Shown here in pieces: positions 1 to 10,797 of a stretch of 54,332 nt of DNA. The notes under the pieces were generated by a model. The model made no database searches, was not told where the DNA came from, and saw only the letters and a program-made list of their open reading frames with translations. Source of the stretch: Myxococcota bacterium (lineage in GTDB: Bacteria > Myxococcota_A > Bradymonadia > UBA7976 > UBA1532); contig JAYZEG010000005.1 in the NCBI GenBank assembly GCA_036337435.1, positions 1 through 54,332 on the forward strand, written 5' to 3'. Each line of letters starts with the position of its first letter. The stretch's first letter is position 1. The translations under genes were made by a program, and so were the position numbers.

Positions 1-133
1 CGCTTTATGCAAAAAAAGATCGGTTTATTTGCAGGCTTAGTTCTCTCGACTGACAGTCAAGTTTCTGCTTGAATAGATCTCTGGGAGCCATTCGCGGTAT
101 CCCTAATACACACTGTAGAAGAAGGGGCGGGGA

Positions 134-1501
134 ATGGCTTCCATCAAATTGTGCATGCCAATTAATCTGGCGATTCTTATTTTCAGTGGAGTCTTTCTGC
201 TGGCCTGCGAGCAGGACGACGCACGCAATCAGGGGACGATTATCATTGTTGATGAGACCGCCGGCAGCGGTGGCGCTGGCGGAATAGATACCATCGATGG
301 TGTTGGTGGCGATAATGGAACTGGCGGAGCTGATATGGTGGGTGGTGCCGGCGGAACTGGTGGAATGACCGGCATGGGCGGCGCTGGAGGTTCTGCTATG
401 CCACCGGGACCGGGGACCGGTGCCAATGACGGGTTCGATTGCGTTGGGGCCGACTTTTCGCCCGGGGCAGAGCGCCTACAGCAAACTGATGAAGGCGTCC
501 TGCTCTACCTAGGCTATAAGCGTGAGCCCACGAATGATAACCCAACCACCGACGTTCTGTTAATCGAACTACACCCTGAGCGCGGTTTTCCGATGCAACC
601 GGGTACGTACGACCTGGCTGAAATCGGATCTGATATCAATACCTGCCAAATTTGCGTCGTTCAGTTCCATAATCTCAATTTCGCGGCTCGGCCAGCGACC
701 CGGGACCGATTACTTTTTGCAACCAGCGGTCAGGTTGAAATTACGGCAATCGGTGATCTTGAATCACCCCTGAGGGCTAGGCTCACCGGCATTGAACTCA
801 ATGAAGTCAACCTCAGCCGCGGTGCCAATGAACAACTTGTCGCCGACTTTCCCGAGGGCGGTGCTGTGACTTGCCTTGACGATTACGGGATTGAAGTCAT
901 GCGTGATATCCCTCCCGCTATGGTGGGTGAACCAGTGCGCGATTTCATGCTTCAGAACTGCCAGACGGAAGAGTTTGTGAGCATCGAAGAGATCGCTCGT
1001 AACACAGGTGCCGTTTGGTTTATTGGAACTGCCGGTTGGTGTGGTGCCTGTCGGAACATGCTCTTGAACGGTGGGCCAGCTGGGCGTCCATTTGACGTTA
1101 TGAACGAGATGGGACCAGAGCGCTTGCGCTTGTTGGTTGTGCTCGGAGAAAATCAATCTCACCAACAATCGACCCTTCGCTATTGTCGTCAGTACGCCAG
1201 TTCATATGCAGATGACGCATCGCATTTTTATCTAGACCACAACGGATCCAGAGCATTTGCGGCCTTGTTCGGTAGTTTGAATGTCTATACCGCGGCTGAT
1301 GGGCGCTTCGGCCTGCCTTGGAATGGGGTCGTGAGTGGCGGTGAAAACCCAATGGTTTATCGCTATTCGGACCGGTCCGGCCAACCTGAGACTCTGAGTC
1401 AGATACTCAATGAATTGACTGGTCAAGCTGAGATGGCCTCTGGCGACATGGCTGATGAGATGAGTAACGATGGTGGGGAAGACCAGCCCGGCATGCCATA
1501 A
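134..1501 (+). CDS. Lipoprotein: Gly-rich linker, uncharacterised CxxC domain, C-terminal thioredoxin-fold (WCGAC) domain
   Basis: Lipobox FLLAC, GGAGG linker, CQIC motif, AGWCGAC motif. Clear paralog of 14991..16154. Confidence 0.75.
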   Translation: MASIKLCMPINLAILIFSGVFLLACEQDDARNQGTIIIVDETAGSGGAGGIDTIDGVGGDNGTGGADMVGGAGGTGGMTGMGGAGGSAMPPGPGTGANDGFDCVGADFSPGAERLQQTDEGVLLYLGYKREPTNDNPTTDVLLIELHPERGFPMQPGTYDLAEIGSDINTCQICVVQFHNLNFAARPATRDRLLFATSGQVEITAIGDLESPLRARLTGIELNEVNLSRGANEQLVADFPEGGAVTCLDDYGIEVMRDIPPAMVGEPVRDFMLQNCQTEEFVSIEEIARNTGAVWFIGTAGWCGACRNMLLNGGPAGRPFDVMNEMGPERLRLLVVLGENQSHQQSTLRYCRQYASSYADDASHFYLDHNGSRAFAALFGSLNVYTAADGRFGLPWNGVVSGGENPMVYRYSDRSGQPETLSQILNELTGQAEMASGDMADEMSNDGGEDQPGMP

Positions 1502-1658
1502 ACGAAAGCACCGAGAACCCTCAGTGCGACGGAACTCACGCTTGTCGTGGTCTTGGGACGTCGCTAGTGCGTAGGGTGGCTGCCATGGGTGATACCGTTT
1601 GGGAGCCGCGCCAACCTCAGTGCGCAGACGTGACAGGGGTCCGCGGCCGGCGACTCGG

Positions 1659-2021
1659 TCAGTCAACCACGCCAGCGTACCGTTTTTTGATTAGTTTGAT
1701 CTGCCCGAGGACGTCCATGCTCTTTTTGGCGTGCTCACCTACTACAGGGTTGACGTCTATTTGGTCCTGAAACATGAGTGCTATCTGACTCACCGATAAG
1801 TTTGACTTCGCCGAGACAACCCGGGCAGCGACCCGGTTTTTCCTGTCTCCATCAATAAGATTGACATGGCACCGGTCGCCATGCCGCAGAAAACTCAGCT
1901 TATCGTTTCGTAGCAAGCAGCCATCTCGCCCCAAATTGATGGTGGTGCCCCCGATTTGGCCACAGTCGCTCTCGACGGTCCATCGGACGAAATGCCTCTT
2001 ATTTTTTCGTCTTTCTCGCAC
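1659..2021 (-). CDS. PilZ domain protein (c-di-GMP receptor family)
   Basis: ERRKNKR (RxxxR) followed by NLGRDG, a variant of D/NxSxxG. 120 aa, GTG start. Confidence 0.7.
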   Translation of the reverse strand: MRERRKNKRHFVRWTVESDCGQIGGTTINLGRDGCLLRNDKLSFLRHGDRCHVNLIDGDRKNRVAARVVSAKSNLSVSQIALMFQDQIDVNPVVGEHAKKSMDVLGQIKLIKKRYAGVVD

Positions 2022-2149
2022 AGTACCAACCTATGCCTCACTTATCTTTCCTTCGGGAAAGGGGCCTAACATACATGTGGGTTAGTGTCATCAAAAATAC
2101 GTCGAAGTGCGATGTTTTTCAGAGCTGTGATGAGTCGGTGTAAGTTCGC

Positions 2150-3925
2150 CTAGAACTCATCCTCAGCGAAGGCCATCATATTGTCCTTACCTGCATTAAT
2201 GATGGCGTAGATGGAGTCGGTTTCTGGCAGTATGTGACTGTAGAAATACCGGGCCGTCTTGACTTTCGTCTCGTAGAATTGACCCGATCGTTGGCTCGCG
2301 CCGAGTGCCATTCGGGCCCAGAGATAAGCGAGCGTCGTTATCCCGAATAGGTTTAAATAATTGGACGCTTGGGACGCGGCCTCTTCAGGGTCTGACATAC
2401 CCTTCATGCCGAGGGCCATCGTGGCTTCGTTGAGTCGGTTGAGTGCCGCCTCAAGTTTAGGGATGAATTCACCCACACTGGCTGTATCTCTATTCTCTTT
2501 TATGAACCGATAGACCTTTTTGGAAAAGACCTTATACAACCGGCCGCCATCTTTAGGCAGCTTCCGACCGATTAAGTCGAGAGCTTGAATATGGTTTGTT
2601 CCCTCGTAGATCATCGCGATGCGCTCATCTCGGAGGTATTGCTCAATGTTCCACTCGACTGTGTATCCCGAGCCGCCAATGGCTTGCATGCAGTCGCTGA
2701 TGTTTTGGAAGCCCCGCTCCGTGCAGTAGGACTTGACGATGGGCGTCAGCAGCCCGACCAAGTCATCTGCATCTTGACGTATTTGCGCGTCCTCGTGTTG
2801 GAGACCAATATCGATGAGATTGGCCACCCAGAGAGACAACGCGCGCATGCCTTCCGTCGTCGAGCGCACGTTCAGCAGCTGGCGTCGTACATCCGGATGT
2901 TTCAGGATACAATCCGCCTTGACGTTTGGCTCTTGCCGCTCCGGGTTCAGCGACCGTCCTTGGCGTCTTTCTTTGCAGTATTCTACGGCTGTTTGGTAAG
3001 AAATTTCCGACAGCGCATACCCTTCGACGCCGACGGTCAGTCGGGCGAAGTTCATCATGACGAACATTGCACGCATCCCTTTATGCGGCTCTCCGACCAA
3101 GTATCCGGTGGCATCTTCCATGTTCATCACGCACGTCGGAGACCCGTGAATGCCCATCTTGTGTTCGAGTCCGCCACAGTAGATTCCGTTCCGGCTGCCG
3201 TCGAGGTTTATCTTCGGTACGATGAACGCGCTTATCCCTCGGATGCCATCTGGCGCGTCTGGGAGCCGGGCGAGAACCAGGTGGATGATATTTTCGGCGA
3301 GGTCGTGCTCACCCCAGGTAATCCAAATCTTTGTGCCCGTGAGTTTGTAATGGTCGCCCTCGGGGACTGCTTTTGTTGTGAGCAGCCCGAGGTCAGTGCC
3401 GCATTGAGGTTCGGTTAGACACATGGTGCCTGTCCAGACTCCGGTGATGAGCTTTTCCAAAAATTGCTCTTTTTGCTCGTCACTCCCGTAGTGAGTTAGA
3501 GCTTCGACAAGGCCATGCCCCAGACCTGGGCACATCGTGAAGCTCTTGTTGGTGGCCGTCGACATTTCGCTCAATGCGATGGCCGCTGCGTGAGGTGCGC
3601 CGCCGCCGCCATAGTCAGCGGTCAAGCTCATCCCGCCCATCTGACTTTCAACGAATTTGTTGTACAATGCTTTGAATTCAGCGGGGGTCGTCACCTCTTT
3701 GGTCTCTGGATCGAACTGGACGCCCTGTTCATCACCGATGCGATTGGCAGGCAGCATCTCATTCGTGCAAAACTTCCCGGCCTGCTCTATCAGGGCCATC
3801 ATCGTGTCCAAATCAAAATCTTCGAAGGCGGCGATCTTCGTTACGTCGTCGTAGCCCAAGGTTTCCAGGATGAAGCGGATATCACGAATGGGAGCTCTGT
3901 ACACTAGCATGGGCGGGTCCTTCAT
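2150..3925 (-). CDS. Acyl-CoA dehydrogenase (long, ~590 aa type)
   Basis: TMCLTEPQCGTDL, GTKIWIT, EHKMGIHGSPT and IYEGTNHIQALDL motifs. Confidence 0.95.
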   Translation of the reverse strand: MKDPPMLVYRAPIRDIRFILETLGYDDVTKIAAFEDFDLDTMMALIEQAGKFCTNEMLPANRIGDEQGVQFDPETKEVTTPAEFKALYNKFVESQMGGMSLTADYGGGGAPHAAAIALSEMSTATNKSFTMCPGLGHGLVEALTHYGSDEQKEQFLEKLITGVWTGTMCLTEPQCGTDLGLLTTKAVPEGDHYKLTGTKIWITWGEHDLAENIIHLVLARLPDAPDGIRGISAFIVPKINLDGSRNGIYCGGLEHKMGIHGSPTCVMNMEDATGYLVGEPHKGMRAMFVMMNFARLTVGVEGYALSEISYQTAVEYCKERRQGRSLNPERQEPNVKADCILKHPDVRRQLLNVRSTTEGMRALSLWVANLIDIGLQHEDAQIRQDADDLVGLLTPIVKSYCTERGFQNISDCMQAIGGSGYTVEWNIEQYLRDERIAMIYEGTNHIQALDLIGRKLPKDGGRLYKVFSKKVYRFIKENRDTASVGEFIPKLEAALNRLNEATMALGMKGMSDPEEAASQASNYLNLFGITTLAYLWARMALGASQRSGQFYETKVKTARYFYSHILPETDSIYAIINAGKDNMMAFAEDEF

Positions 3926-4233
3926 GGTCGAAATGGGTGGTGAAGTCGCTGGACCCCACCTCGAAGCAATGATGAAGATCTACAACAAAATGTTACGTCT
4001 GGCGAGAATTCGTTCTCAAATCCCATCGTAAATCACGCACCATCAGTAAAAAATGCGCCTTTCCGGCTTATCCGGCGAAAATTTAGATCCCTAAAAGTTT
4101 GCCACTTATTAGCCGTGAACAACTGATTTTAACGATCCAAGTCGTTTTATTACAACGTATTTCCTTGATCCGAACAGTCGATCTTTGATAAACCGTCGCG
4201 CCGCAGGCACAAGACCCATTAGGAGAACAAGTT

Positions 4234-6087
4234 ATGCGCTTTGTATTTCTCGCGTTGATCGCGCTTACCGTACTTCCAGCATGTGATGACGAGGCTGCCG
4301 GAGGCTCCAAAGTTGTCATGTTTGGTCGCGATATGGCGCCAGCACCTCAACCCGACATGGGTATGGTGCCCGATGCAGCCCCACCGGTAATGCGACGAAA
4401 TAAACTCGTTGTTCAAGGCGTGCCGGAGGTCTCGATGTTTCGAGGTGACCGCGCCATGCTCTCTGTCCGCTATCTCAACGCGGATAATCAGCCGATCGCA
4501 AACGGTCAGGTTACCTTGAGCCCAGAATCACCCCAGCAAGCCTTGGTGGCGATTCGGGCGCGGACAGTTCCGACCGATGCAAACGGCACCGCGACCTTCG
4601 AGGTCACAGCGCAACAGATGGACGGCCGAACACGCTTGAAAGCCGAGGCCGATAACGCCGATGCAGCCTTTTGGGTCATTCGTGTTAATCAGAATCCCGT
4701 CGGTGAGATTGGCGTCCGCGTCACTTATGACTCTGTCAACGGTCGCTATCAAGCTGCCGACATCGAACAAATCGCAGTCCAACTGATCGAGGGCACCTGC
4801 GAGTCGGCATTCACGATCGTCCCCGGTCGCCGAACCATCGATGGTCCGGCCATCCGACCGTTTGACGGCGATGATTTGTCCGTGATCGGTGGTGTACCCA
4901 ATGGTCGGACATTTGCTGCTGTCGCTCGGGGCCGCAACGCCCTCAATCGCGATATCGTGACGGGTTGTAGCGAAGGGCACACAGCCGACGGCGGAAATCG
5001 AGTTGACGCACTTGTCGAGCTCGTTGACCAGCCCCTGGAGTTCAAGGGTATTTTTAATGTTGAACACCGCATTAATCTCATCGGGATGCTTGAGGGTGGT
5101 GAAAATGAGGATGTAAATCAGTTCCTCGACATCCTCGAAATTTTTGCGGCACTGGGCGGGGCTAATCAAGACGGACCATTTCCTCGCGGCAATGCGATGA
5201 TTCAGCTGCTCTGCGACCGAGCCCAAATCGATCAAGTGATTTGTCTTGCCATTCGGGCGGTCGGTGCACCGGTTATTGAAGACTGGATCAACGACCAAGC
5301 CATGGCCAACCCTGATGTGGCTGAGGCCCTCGAGGTGCTCAATTTACTGGGTGATATTTTCACGAATCTCTCGGATTTGACCATCGAAGGTGAGATGGAA
5401 TTCATTGCATCTTACCCAGACGAAGAAGGCTACTTACGAGACAATCAAAGCCGATGGCAGCGGATGCGCTTCCAATGGCGGCAAAATTGTCCTTTTGCTC
5501 AGCCGGAGCAATGTGAGCGTATTTTCAATCTGGCCGATGAAAACATGGGTCGGGATACCCCGATTCAGGCGAACTTTGACGCTCGTTTGACCGAAGGTGA
5601 GACATTGTTGATCGGTCGTCATCAACTGGGCTTGAATTATGGTTTATTTATTTTGCTCGCGTTAGAAGAGTGGATTTTACCGCTGGTGACCAATGAACCA
5701 GCCCCGGTTGAATTGGATGAATTATTCCGACAGCTCATCGATTGCGCCGCATTGGACAACCAGCTTGGTTTGCCCATGGGCACTTGTGACGCGACCATCA
5801 TCCCAGCCCTGTCCGGGCTCCTTCGCAGCCAGTTAGTGACCATCAACGACGGAACCGATCTGTTGACGATGGAGGGTCAGGTCACCGTAGCGGATGAATA
5901 TCCAAATCTTAAGGTCGATCGCCTTTTCGACGGCGTTTGGAATGGCTACTTCGGTGATGCTGACGAGCGACCTAACCCAGAAGACTTGATCTCTGAGGTC
6001 GGGACATTTGAAGGCTGCCGCGATACCGAATGCGCTCTTCTACCCGGTGCAATGGAAGACGCAATGGGCATGGGCATGAATCCCTAG
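4234..6087 (+). CDS. Lipoprotein with N-terminal Ig-like (Big_1/invasin-type) domain and uncharacterised Cys-containing C-terminal region
   Basis: AGGAG RBS, lipobox LPAC, TDANGTATF Ig-like motif, terminator downstream. Confidence 0.7.
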   Translation: MRFVFLALIALTVLPACDDEAAGGSKVVMFGRDMAPAPQPDMGMVPDAAPPVMRRNKLVVQGVPEVSMFRGDRAMLSVRYLNADNQPIANGQVTLSPESPQQALVAIRARTVPTDANGTATFEVTAQQMDGRTRLKAEADNADAAFWVIRVNQNPVGEIGVRVTYDSVNGRYQAADIEQIAVQLIEGTCESAFTIVPGRRTIDGPAIRPFDGDDLSVIGGVPNGRTFAAVARGRNALNRDIVTGCSEGHTADGGNRVDALVELVDQPLEFKGIFNVEHRINLIGMLEGGENEDVNQFLDILEIFAALGGANQDGPFPRGNAMIQLLCDRAQIDQVICLAIRAVGAPVIEDWINDQAMANPDVAEALEVLNLLGDIFTNLSDLTIEGEMEFIASYPDEEGYLRDNQSRWQRMRFQWRQNCPFAQPEQCERIFNLADENMGRDTPIQANFDARLTEGETLLIGRHQLGLNYGLFILLALEEWILPLVTNEPAPVELDELFRQLIDCAALDNQLGLPMGTCDATIIPALSGLLRSQLVTINDGTDLLTMEGQVTVADEYPNLKVDRLFDGVWNGYFGDADERPNPEDLISEVGTFEGCRDTECALLPGAMEDAMGMGMNP

Positions 6088-6110
6088 TCTCCATTGAGGA
6101 CACTGCGATG

Positions 6111-6136
6111 AAAAGGCGACCTTCTGGTCGCCTTTT
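6111..6136. terminator. Bidirectional rho-independent terminator
   Basis: AAAAGGCGACC-TTCT-GGTCGCCTTTT perfect hairpin with A/T tracts on both sides, between convergent genes. Confidence 0.85.
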
Positions 6137-6159
6137 GTCGTTCTTGGGTTTGAGCTCTC

Positions 6160-7629
6160 TCAGGCGCTCAATTTGCGTTTCATCAGGGGCGTGTAGACGG
6201 CCATTGAAATCAATACGCCGACGAACCAAGCCTGGCTATAGATGGTATTGAACAGGTCAGGTACATTGTCCAACGCGCCGATTTGCCCTAAAAATCCGGG
6301 TACATTTGGAAGTACAGCGAGCACTAAACTCAGTAAGGCAATGGGATTCCACCCGTTAGAAAATGTATAGTCTCCCTGTTCTTTGAACAAATCGTCCACA
6401 TTCAGTTCCGTTTTGCGAACGAAAAAGTAATCGGCGATGAGAATCCCTGCGATGGGTCCTAATAATGCGGAGTAGCCGATGAGCCATGTAAAGACGTATG
6501 CACCGCCGGCCAGCAGCTTCCAAGGGAAGATGGCAATCCCCAAACCGGCCGTGATGTAGCCGCCCATTTTAAAAGAAATTTTTTCAGGATTAATATTGGC
6601 GAAGCCGTTGGCTGGGGCCACCACGTTGGCAGCCAGATTTGTGGTCAATGTTGCGACCGCAAGTACGAACAGAGCGATGACGACTGATGTGCCACCCATT
6701 TGGCCCATGAGGGCCACCGGGTCGGCGATGGGCTTGCCATAAATCACAACGGTTGCCGACGTCACAGCAACACCGATGAAGGCAAAGAGTGCCATCGTCG
6801 GCGGCAGACCAACGGCTTGACCCTTCAATTGGTCGCGCTGGGTCGCTGCGTAGCGGGTAAAATCGGGGATGTTGAGGGCGAGGGTTGCCCAAAAACCCAC
6901 CATCGCTGTTAGCTGAGGCACGAAGACGGACCAGAACTGTCCTTCTTTTGGACCCCCTGCGATGAATTGAGACGGGGCGGAGAGCATTTTTCCAAATCCA
7001 TCCGCCTTAACGTAGGCCCAACCCAACAACAACAGGCCCATGGCGATCAAAAAAGGCGCAGCATAGGTCTCCAACCAGCGTATAGATTCAGTTCCCTTCG
7101 CGATAAACCAGACGTGAACAGCCCAAAAACTCAGAAAACACAGCAATTGCGCCAAGTTGATGTCTAAAACCGGAAGATTCTCACTCACAAATTGATTATC
7201 GGTGGCGACGTTTAAGAGGGTGTAGATTGCAAAGCCGCCAATCCATGTCTGAATACCGAACCAACCGCAGGCGACCAGTCCCCGTAAAAGCGCGGGTATA
7301 TTGGCTCCTTTGGTTCCGAAAGACGAGCGTAGGAGAACGGGGAAAGGGACCCCATGCTTTGTCCCTGCATGGCCGATCAAGACCATGGGTACTAAAATGA
7401 TGAGGTTGCCCAGGAAGACTGTGAGGACCGCTTGCCACCAATTCATGCCGGCTGAGACCATGCCCCCTGCAAGCATATATGTCGGTACACAGACAACCAT
7501 GCCAACCCATAGGGCCGCAATATTCAGCCAGCTCCAGTTGCGGCCTGCATCTGTTGTTGGTGCGAGATCCGAATTGTACAATTTTGGCGACGCGCCTTCG
7601 ATGAGGCGACCGGGCTCAGTGGATGCCAT
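6160..7629 (-). CDS. NCS1 family nucleobase:cation symporter
   Basis: YNSDLAP, LWVGM, FPVLLRSSFG, GWFGIQTWIGG and LNIPDFTRY motifs, about 12 hydrophobic segments. Confidence 0.93.
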   Translation of the reverse strand: MASTEPGRLIEGASPKLYNSDLAPTTDAGRNWSWLNIAALWVGMVVCVPTYMLAGGMVSAGMNWWQAVLTVFLGNLIILVPMVLIGHAGTKHGVPFPVLLRSSFGTKGANIPALLRGLVACGWFGIQTWIGGFAIYTLLNVATDNQFVSENLPVLDINLAQLLCFLSFWAVHVWFIAKGTESIRWLETYAAPFLIAMGLLLLGWAYVKADGFGKMLSAPSQFIAGGPKEGQFWSVFVPQLTAMVGFWATLALNIPDFTRYAATQRDQLKGQAVGLPPTMALFAFIGVAVTSATVVIYGKPIADPVALMGQMGGTSVVIALFVLAVATLTTNLAANVVAPANGFANINPEKISFKMGGYITAGLGIAIFPWKLLAGGAYVFTWLIGYSALLGPIAGILIADYFFVRKTELNVDDLFKEQGDYTFSNGWNPIALLSLVLAVLPNVPGFLGQIGALDNVPDLFNTIYSQAWFVGVLISMAVYTPLMKRKLSA

Positions 7630-7762
7630 TTTTCCCCCTCTCTGAATTTGAATAGCTGCCGAGACGTTACCAGGAAATAAAGTCGATGTCTTACATTAGC
7701 GCACTTTAAACTACATGAAAGAGCGTTGTCTAGCCTAGGCTATGGGGGCTAAACTTCTGATT

Positions 7763-9751
7763 TTAAGAAGGAAGTAGCGATCTGCTCTTTAGGGTCTCGA
7801 GAATCGAATCAACGATTTCATCAACGCTGAGAGAGTCAGTTTGAACGACGAGGTCGGCATCGTCCGGTGATTCATAGGGTGCCGAGATGCCTGTGAAGTT
7901 TTTGATCTTGCCTGCGCGCGCCTGTGCGTAGATTCCATTTCCGTCTGGGTATAGGTCCTGGTCTCTCTGCTCACAGATGCTGACTGGTGTCTCAAGCCAG
8001 ACTTGAACGAATTTCTCGGAGCCAATGCGTGTACGAGCGCGGTCTCGGTCTGCTGCATATGGACTCACAAAGGCCGCAATGGTCATCAAGCCGGCATCGT
8101 TTAAAATCCGTGCTGTTTCCGCAGCGCGGCGACTCGATTCTGACCGATCATCAGCCGAGAAACCCAAATCTTTACTGAGTCCGAGTCTCATTGCAACGCC
8201 GTCAAGAACGTGTACTGCGCATCCCAAGTTCCAGAGACGCTGTTCCAAGGCGTAGGCGACGGTGCTTTTGCCGGAGCGTGGTAAGCCAGTCAACCAGATG
8301 GTTGATGCTGGGTGGCCGAATCGGGCCTCGCGAGCGTCTTTTGTGATGGTTCCGTCAACCGCGTTGAGTAGCGGATGGTGTTTGCTGGGCACCGAGCGCA
8401 GGCTCTGTTGACCATCGTGTGTATGCCGGTCAAGAATCATCCCCGCACCGACAGTGACATTGGTGACTCTATCGATGATGATAAAACTGCCTGTCGCTCG
8501 GTTTTTTCGATATGGGTCGAATAAGACATTCCGATTGGCTTCGAATAAAATTCGACCGACTTCATTCAATTGTATGCCTGGGACGCCATCGATTGGGTGG
8601 GCTGCAACTTGTTTCAGCGTATTGACGTCAACACGATAGCGGATGTCTGCGACATCTGCTGGGACATTCTGTGTACCCAACTTTAACAAGTAGCCCCGTC
8701 CATTGACGAGGGGCGTTTCATGCATCCAAACGACCATCGCTTCGAAGTAGCGTGCGCTTCGAGGGACGTTTTTCGGTCGAACGAGCATGTCACCGCGACT
8801 GAGATCGATCTCATCGGTGAGGGTCACTGTGACAGCGTGTGGCGGGAAGGCCTCGGTCTGGTCACCGTCAAAGGTCACAATGCGTTCTACATGGCTGGTT
8901 TTGCCCGACGGCATCGCCATGACCTTGTCGCCGACTTTAATGGCCCCAGACGCGATAGTTCCCTGATAGCCGCGGAAATTGAGATGGGGTCGAAGCACTG
9001 ACTGAATCGGTAATCGAAAGTCGATGTAATTTCTGTCGGAGGCAATGTGGACTTCTTCGAGCATTGAAAGGAGTGGCCGACCTTGAAACCAGGGTGTGCG
9101 GTCGCTTCGGTGAACAACATTGTCACCCACCAAGGCCGTTATCGGGATGAAATGAATGTCGTTTACATCCAGACGTGCTGCAAAATCGACAAATTGTCTT
9201 TTAATGTCCTCATAGACCTCTTGGCTGTAGTCCACCAAGTCCATTTTGTTGATTGCGATGATCATGTGCTGGATACCCAGCAAAGATGAGATGAAGCTAT
9301 GTCGCCGCGTTTGATCGAGAATGCCGTGACGGGCATCGATTAAAATGACAGCGAGGTCTGCTGTCGATGCCCCTGTGGCCATATTGCGCGTGTATTGTTC
9401 ATGTCCAGGCGTATCCGCGATAATGAACTTGCGCTTCTGAGTTGAAAAAAAACGATAGGCGACATCGATTGTGATGCCCTGTTCTCGTTCTGCCCTCAAC
9501 CCGTCTGTGAGTAAGGCCAAGTCTGTTTCGCTGCCGACAGTTCCATGATGAGTACTTGCCGCTTCGATGGCAGCAAGGTGGTCTTCGAAGATCATTTTAC
9601 TGTCGAATAAAAGCCGCCCGATGAGGGTTGACTTCCCGTCATCAACGCTGCCGCAGGTAATGAAGCGAAGAAGGTCTTTCTCTTCATGCTGTTTGAGGTA
9701 GGCATCGATATCGTCTGCAATCAGCTGTCGATCGAGAGCGTCAATACTCAT
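7763..9751 (-). CDS. cysNC: Sulfate adenylyltransferase subunit 1 fused to an APS-kinase-like domain (CysN/CysC)
   Basis: [26 protein letters not shown] and NKMD GTPase motifs. C-terminal [12 protein letters not shown] and FTGISAPYE. Overlaps the cysD stop by 1 nt. Confidence 0.95.
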   Translation of the reverse strand: MSIDALDRQLIADDIDAYLKQHEEKDLLRFITCGSVDDGKSTLIGRLLFDSKMIFEDHLAAIEAASTHHGTVGSETDLALLTDGLRAEREQGITIDVAYRFFSTQKRKFIIADTPGHEQYTRNMATGASTADLAVILIDARHGILDQTRRHSFISSLLGIQHMIIAINKMDLVDYSQEVYEDIKRQFVDFAARLDVNDIHFIPITALVGDNVVHRSDRTPWFQGRPLLSMLEEVHIASDRNYIDFRLPIQSVLRPHLNFRGYQGTIASGAIKVGDKVMAMPSGKTSHVERIVTFDGDQTEAFPPHAVTVTLTDEIDLSRGDMLVRPKNVPRSARYFEAMVVWMHETPLVNGRGYLLKLGTQNVPADVADIRYRVDVNTLKQVAAHPIDGVPGIQLNEVGRILFEANRNVLFDPYRKNRATGSFIIIDRVTNVTVGAGMILDRHTHDGQQSLRSVPSKHHPLLNAVDGTITKDAREARFGHPASTIWLTGLPRSGKSTVAYALEQRLWNLGCAVHVLDGVAMRLGLSKDLGFSADDRSESSRRAAETARILNDAGLMTIAAFVSPYAADRDRARTRIGSEKFVQVWLETPVSICEQRDQDLYPDGNGIYAQARAGKIKNFTGISAPYESPDDADLVVQTDSLSVDEIVDSILETLKSRSLLPS

Positions 9752-10668
9752 TAAAAATACCCCTCTCGTTTTTTCTGTTCCATGGACCCGTCTTCATCGA
9801 AATCGATGAGTCGGCCCTGTCGTTCTGATGTTTTCGTCAGCAGCATTTCCTGAATCACATCGGTCAATTTCGTTGCCCTGGATTCAACAGCGCCGGTGAG
9901 GGGATAACAGCCTAATGTTCGGAAACGAACCCACTTAAGCTCCGGTGTCTCACCCGGTTCCAAGCGCATTCGCTCGTCATCAACCATAATCCAAGTGCCG
10001 TTTCGTTTTACGACGGGGCGCTCGGCAGAAAGATAGAGTGGAACGATAGAAATCTTCTCTAAATGGATATAGAGCCAAATGTCCAGTTCGGTCCAATTGG
10101 AGAGTGGGAATACCCTGATACTTTCGTTTCTGTCGCGGTTGACCCGCCCATTGTAGAGGTTCCAAAGCTCAGGCCGCTGGTTTTTTGGGTCCCATTGAGA
10201 CTGCCCATCACGAAAAGAATAGACGCGCTCTTTTGCCCGAGACTTTTCTTCGTCTCGTCTGGCCCCGCCAAACGCGGCGTCGAACTGACCGGCCTTCAGG
10301 GCTTGCTTCAAGGCCACCGTCTTAAACGCATTGGTATACACGTTGGAACCATGGTCGAAGGGGTTGATGCCTTGTTTTACGGCATCTTGGTTTGTGTGAA
10401 CGATCAACTCAAAGCCGTGCTCCGCACAAAAACGGTCTCGGAAGTCGATCATCTCTTTGAATTTCCAAGTCGTATCGACGTGGAGCAGCTTAAACGGCAG
10501 GGGGCCCGGATGAAATGCTTTGCGAGCCAAATGCAGCATCACAGAGCTGTCTTTGCCGATGGAGTACATCATAACCGGGTTCTCAAACTCAGCCACGACC
10601 TCTCGAATGATATGAATGCTTTCCGCTTCAAGCTGTTTGAGATGCGAAAGACGAAAATTAAGAGCCAT
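9751..10668 (-). CDS. cysD: Sulfate adenylyltransferase subunit 2
   Basis: [34 protein letters not shown] and [10 protein letters not shown]. Start moved to ATG 10668 ([16 protein letters not shown]). Confidence 0.97.
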   Translation of the reverse strand: MALNFRLSHLKQLEAESIHIIREVVAEFENPVMMYSIGKDSSVMLHLARKAFHPGPLPFKLLHVDTTWKFKEMIDFRDRFCAEHGFELIVHTNQDAVKQGINPFDHGSNVYTNAFKTVALKQALKAGQFDAAFGGARRDEEKSRAKERVYSFRDGQSQWDPKNQRPELWNLYNGRVNRDRNESIRVFPLSNWTELDIWLYIHLEKISIVPLYLSAERPVVKRNGTWIMVDDERMRLEPGETPELKWVRFRTLGCYPLTGAVESRATKLTDVIQEMLLTKTSERQGRLIDFDEDGSMEQKKREGYF

Positions 10669-10797
10669 ATTCCATATTCCTAGGCTGAGCGTATTTGAGG
10701 GAGTACCTTGACCTGTGCGATCGCTGCAAGTCTCTCGTCCGATAGCATGTCCGGATGACTGATTCAAACCACATGCCTGGATGGAGTTTCTTGCCCT

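Noticed and set aside
2585..3418. Long antisense or alternative-frame ORFs (e.g. 2585..3418, 4528..5298, 13355..14134, 34013..34639, 39911..40513)
   Set aside because: They lie entirely within well-supported genes and show no recognisable motifs.
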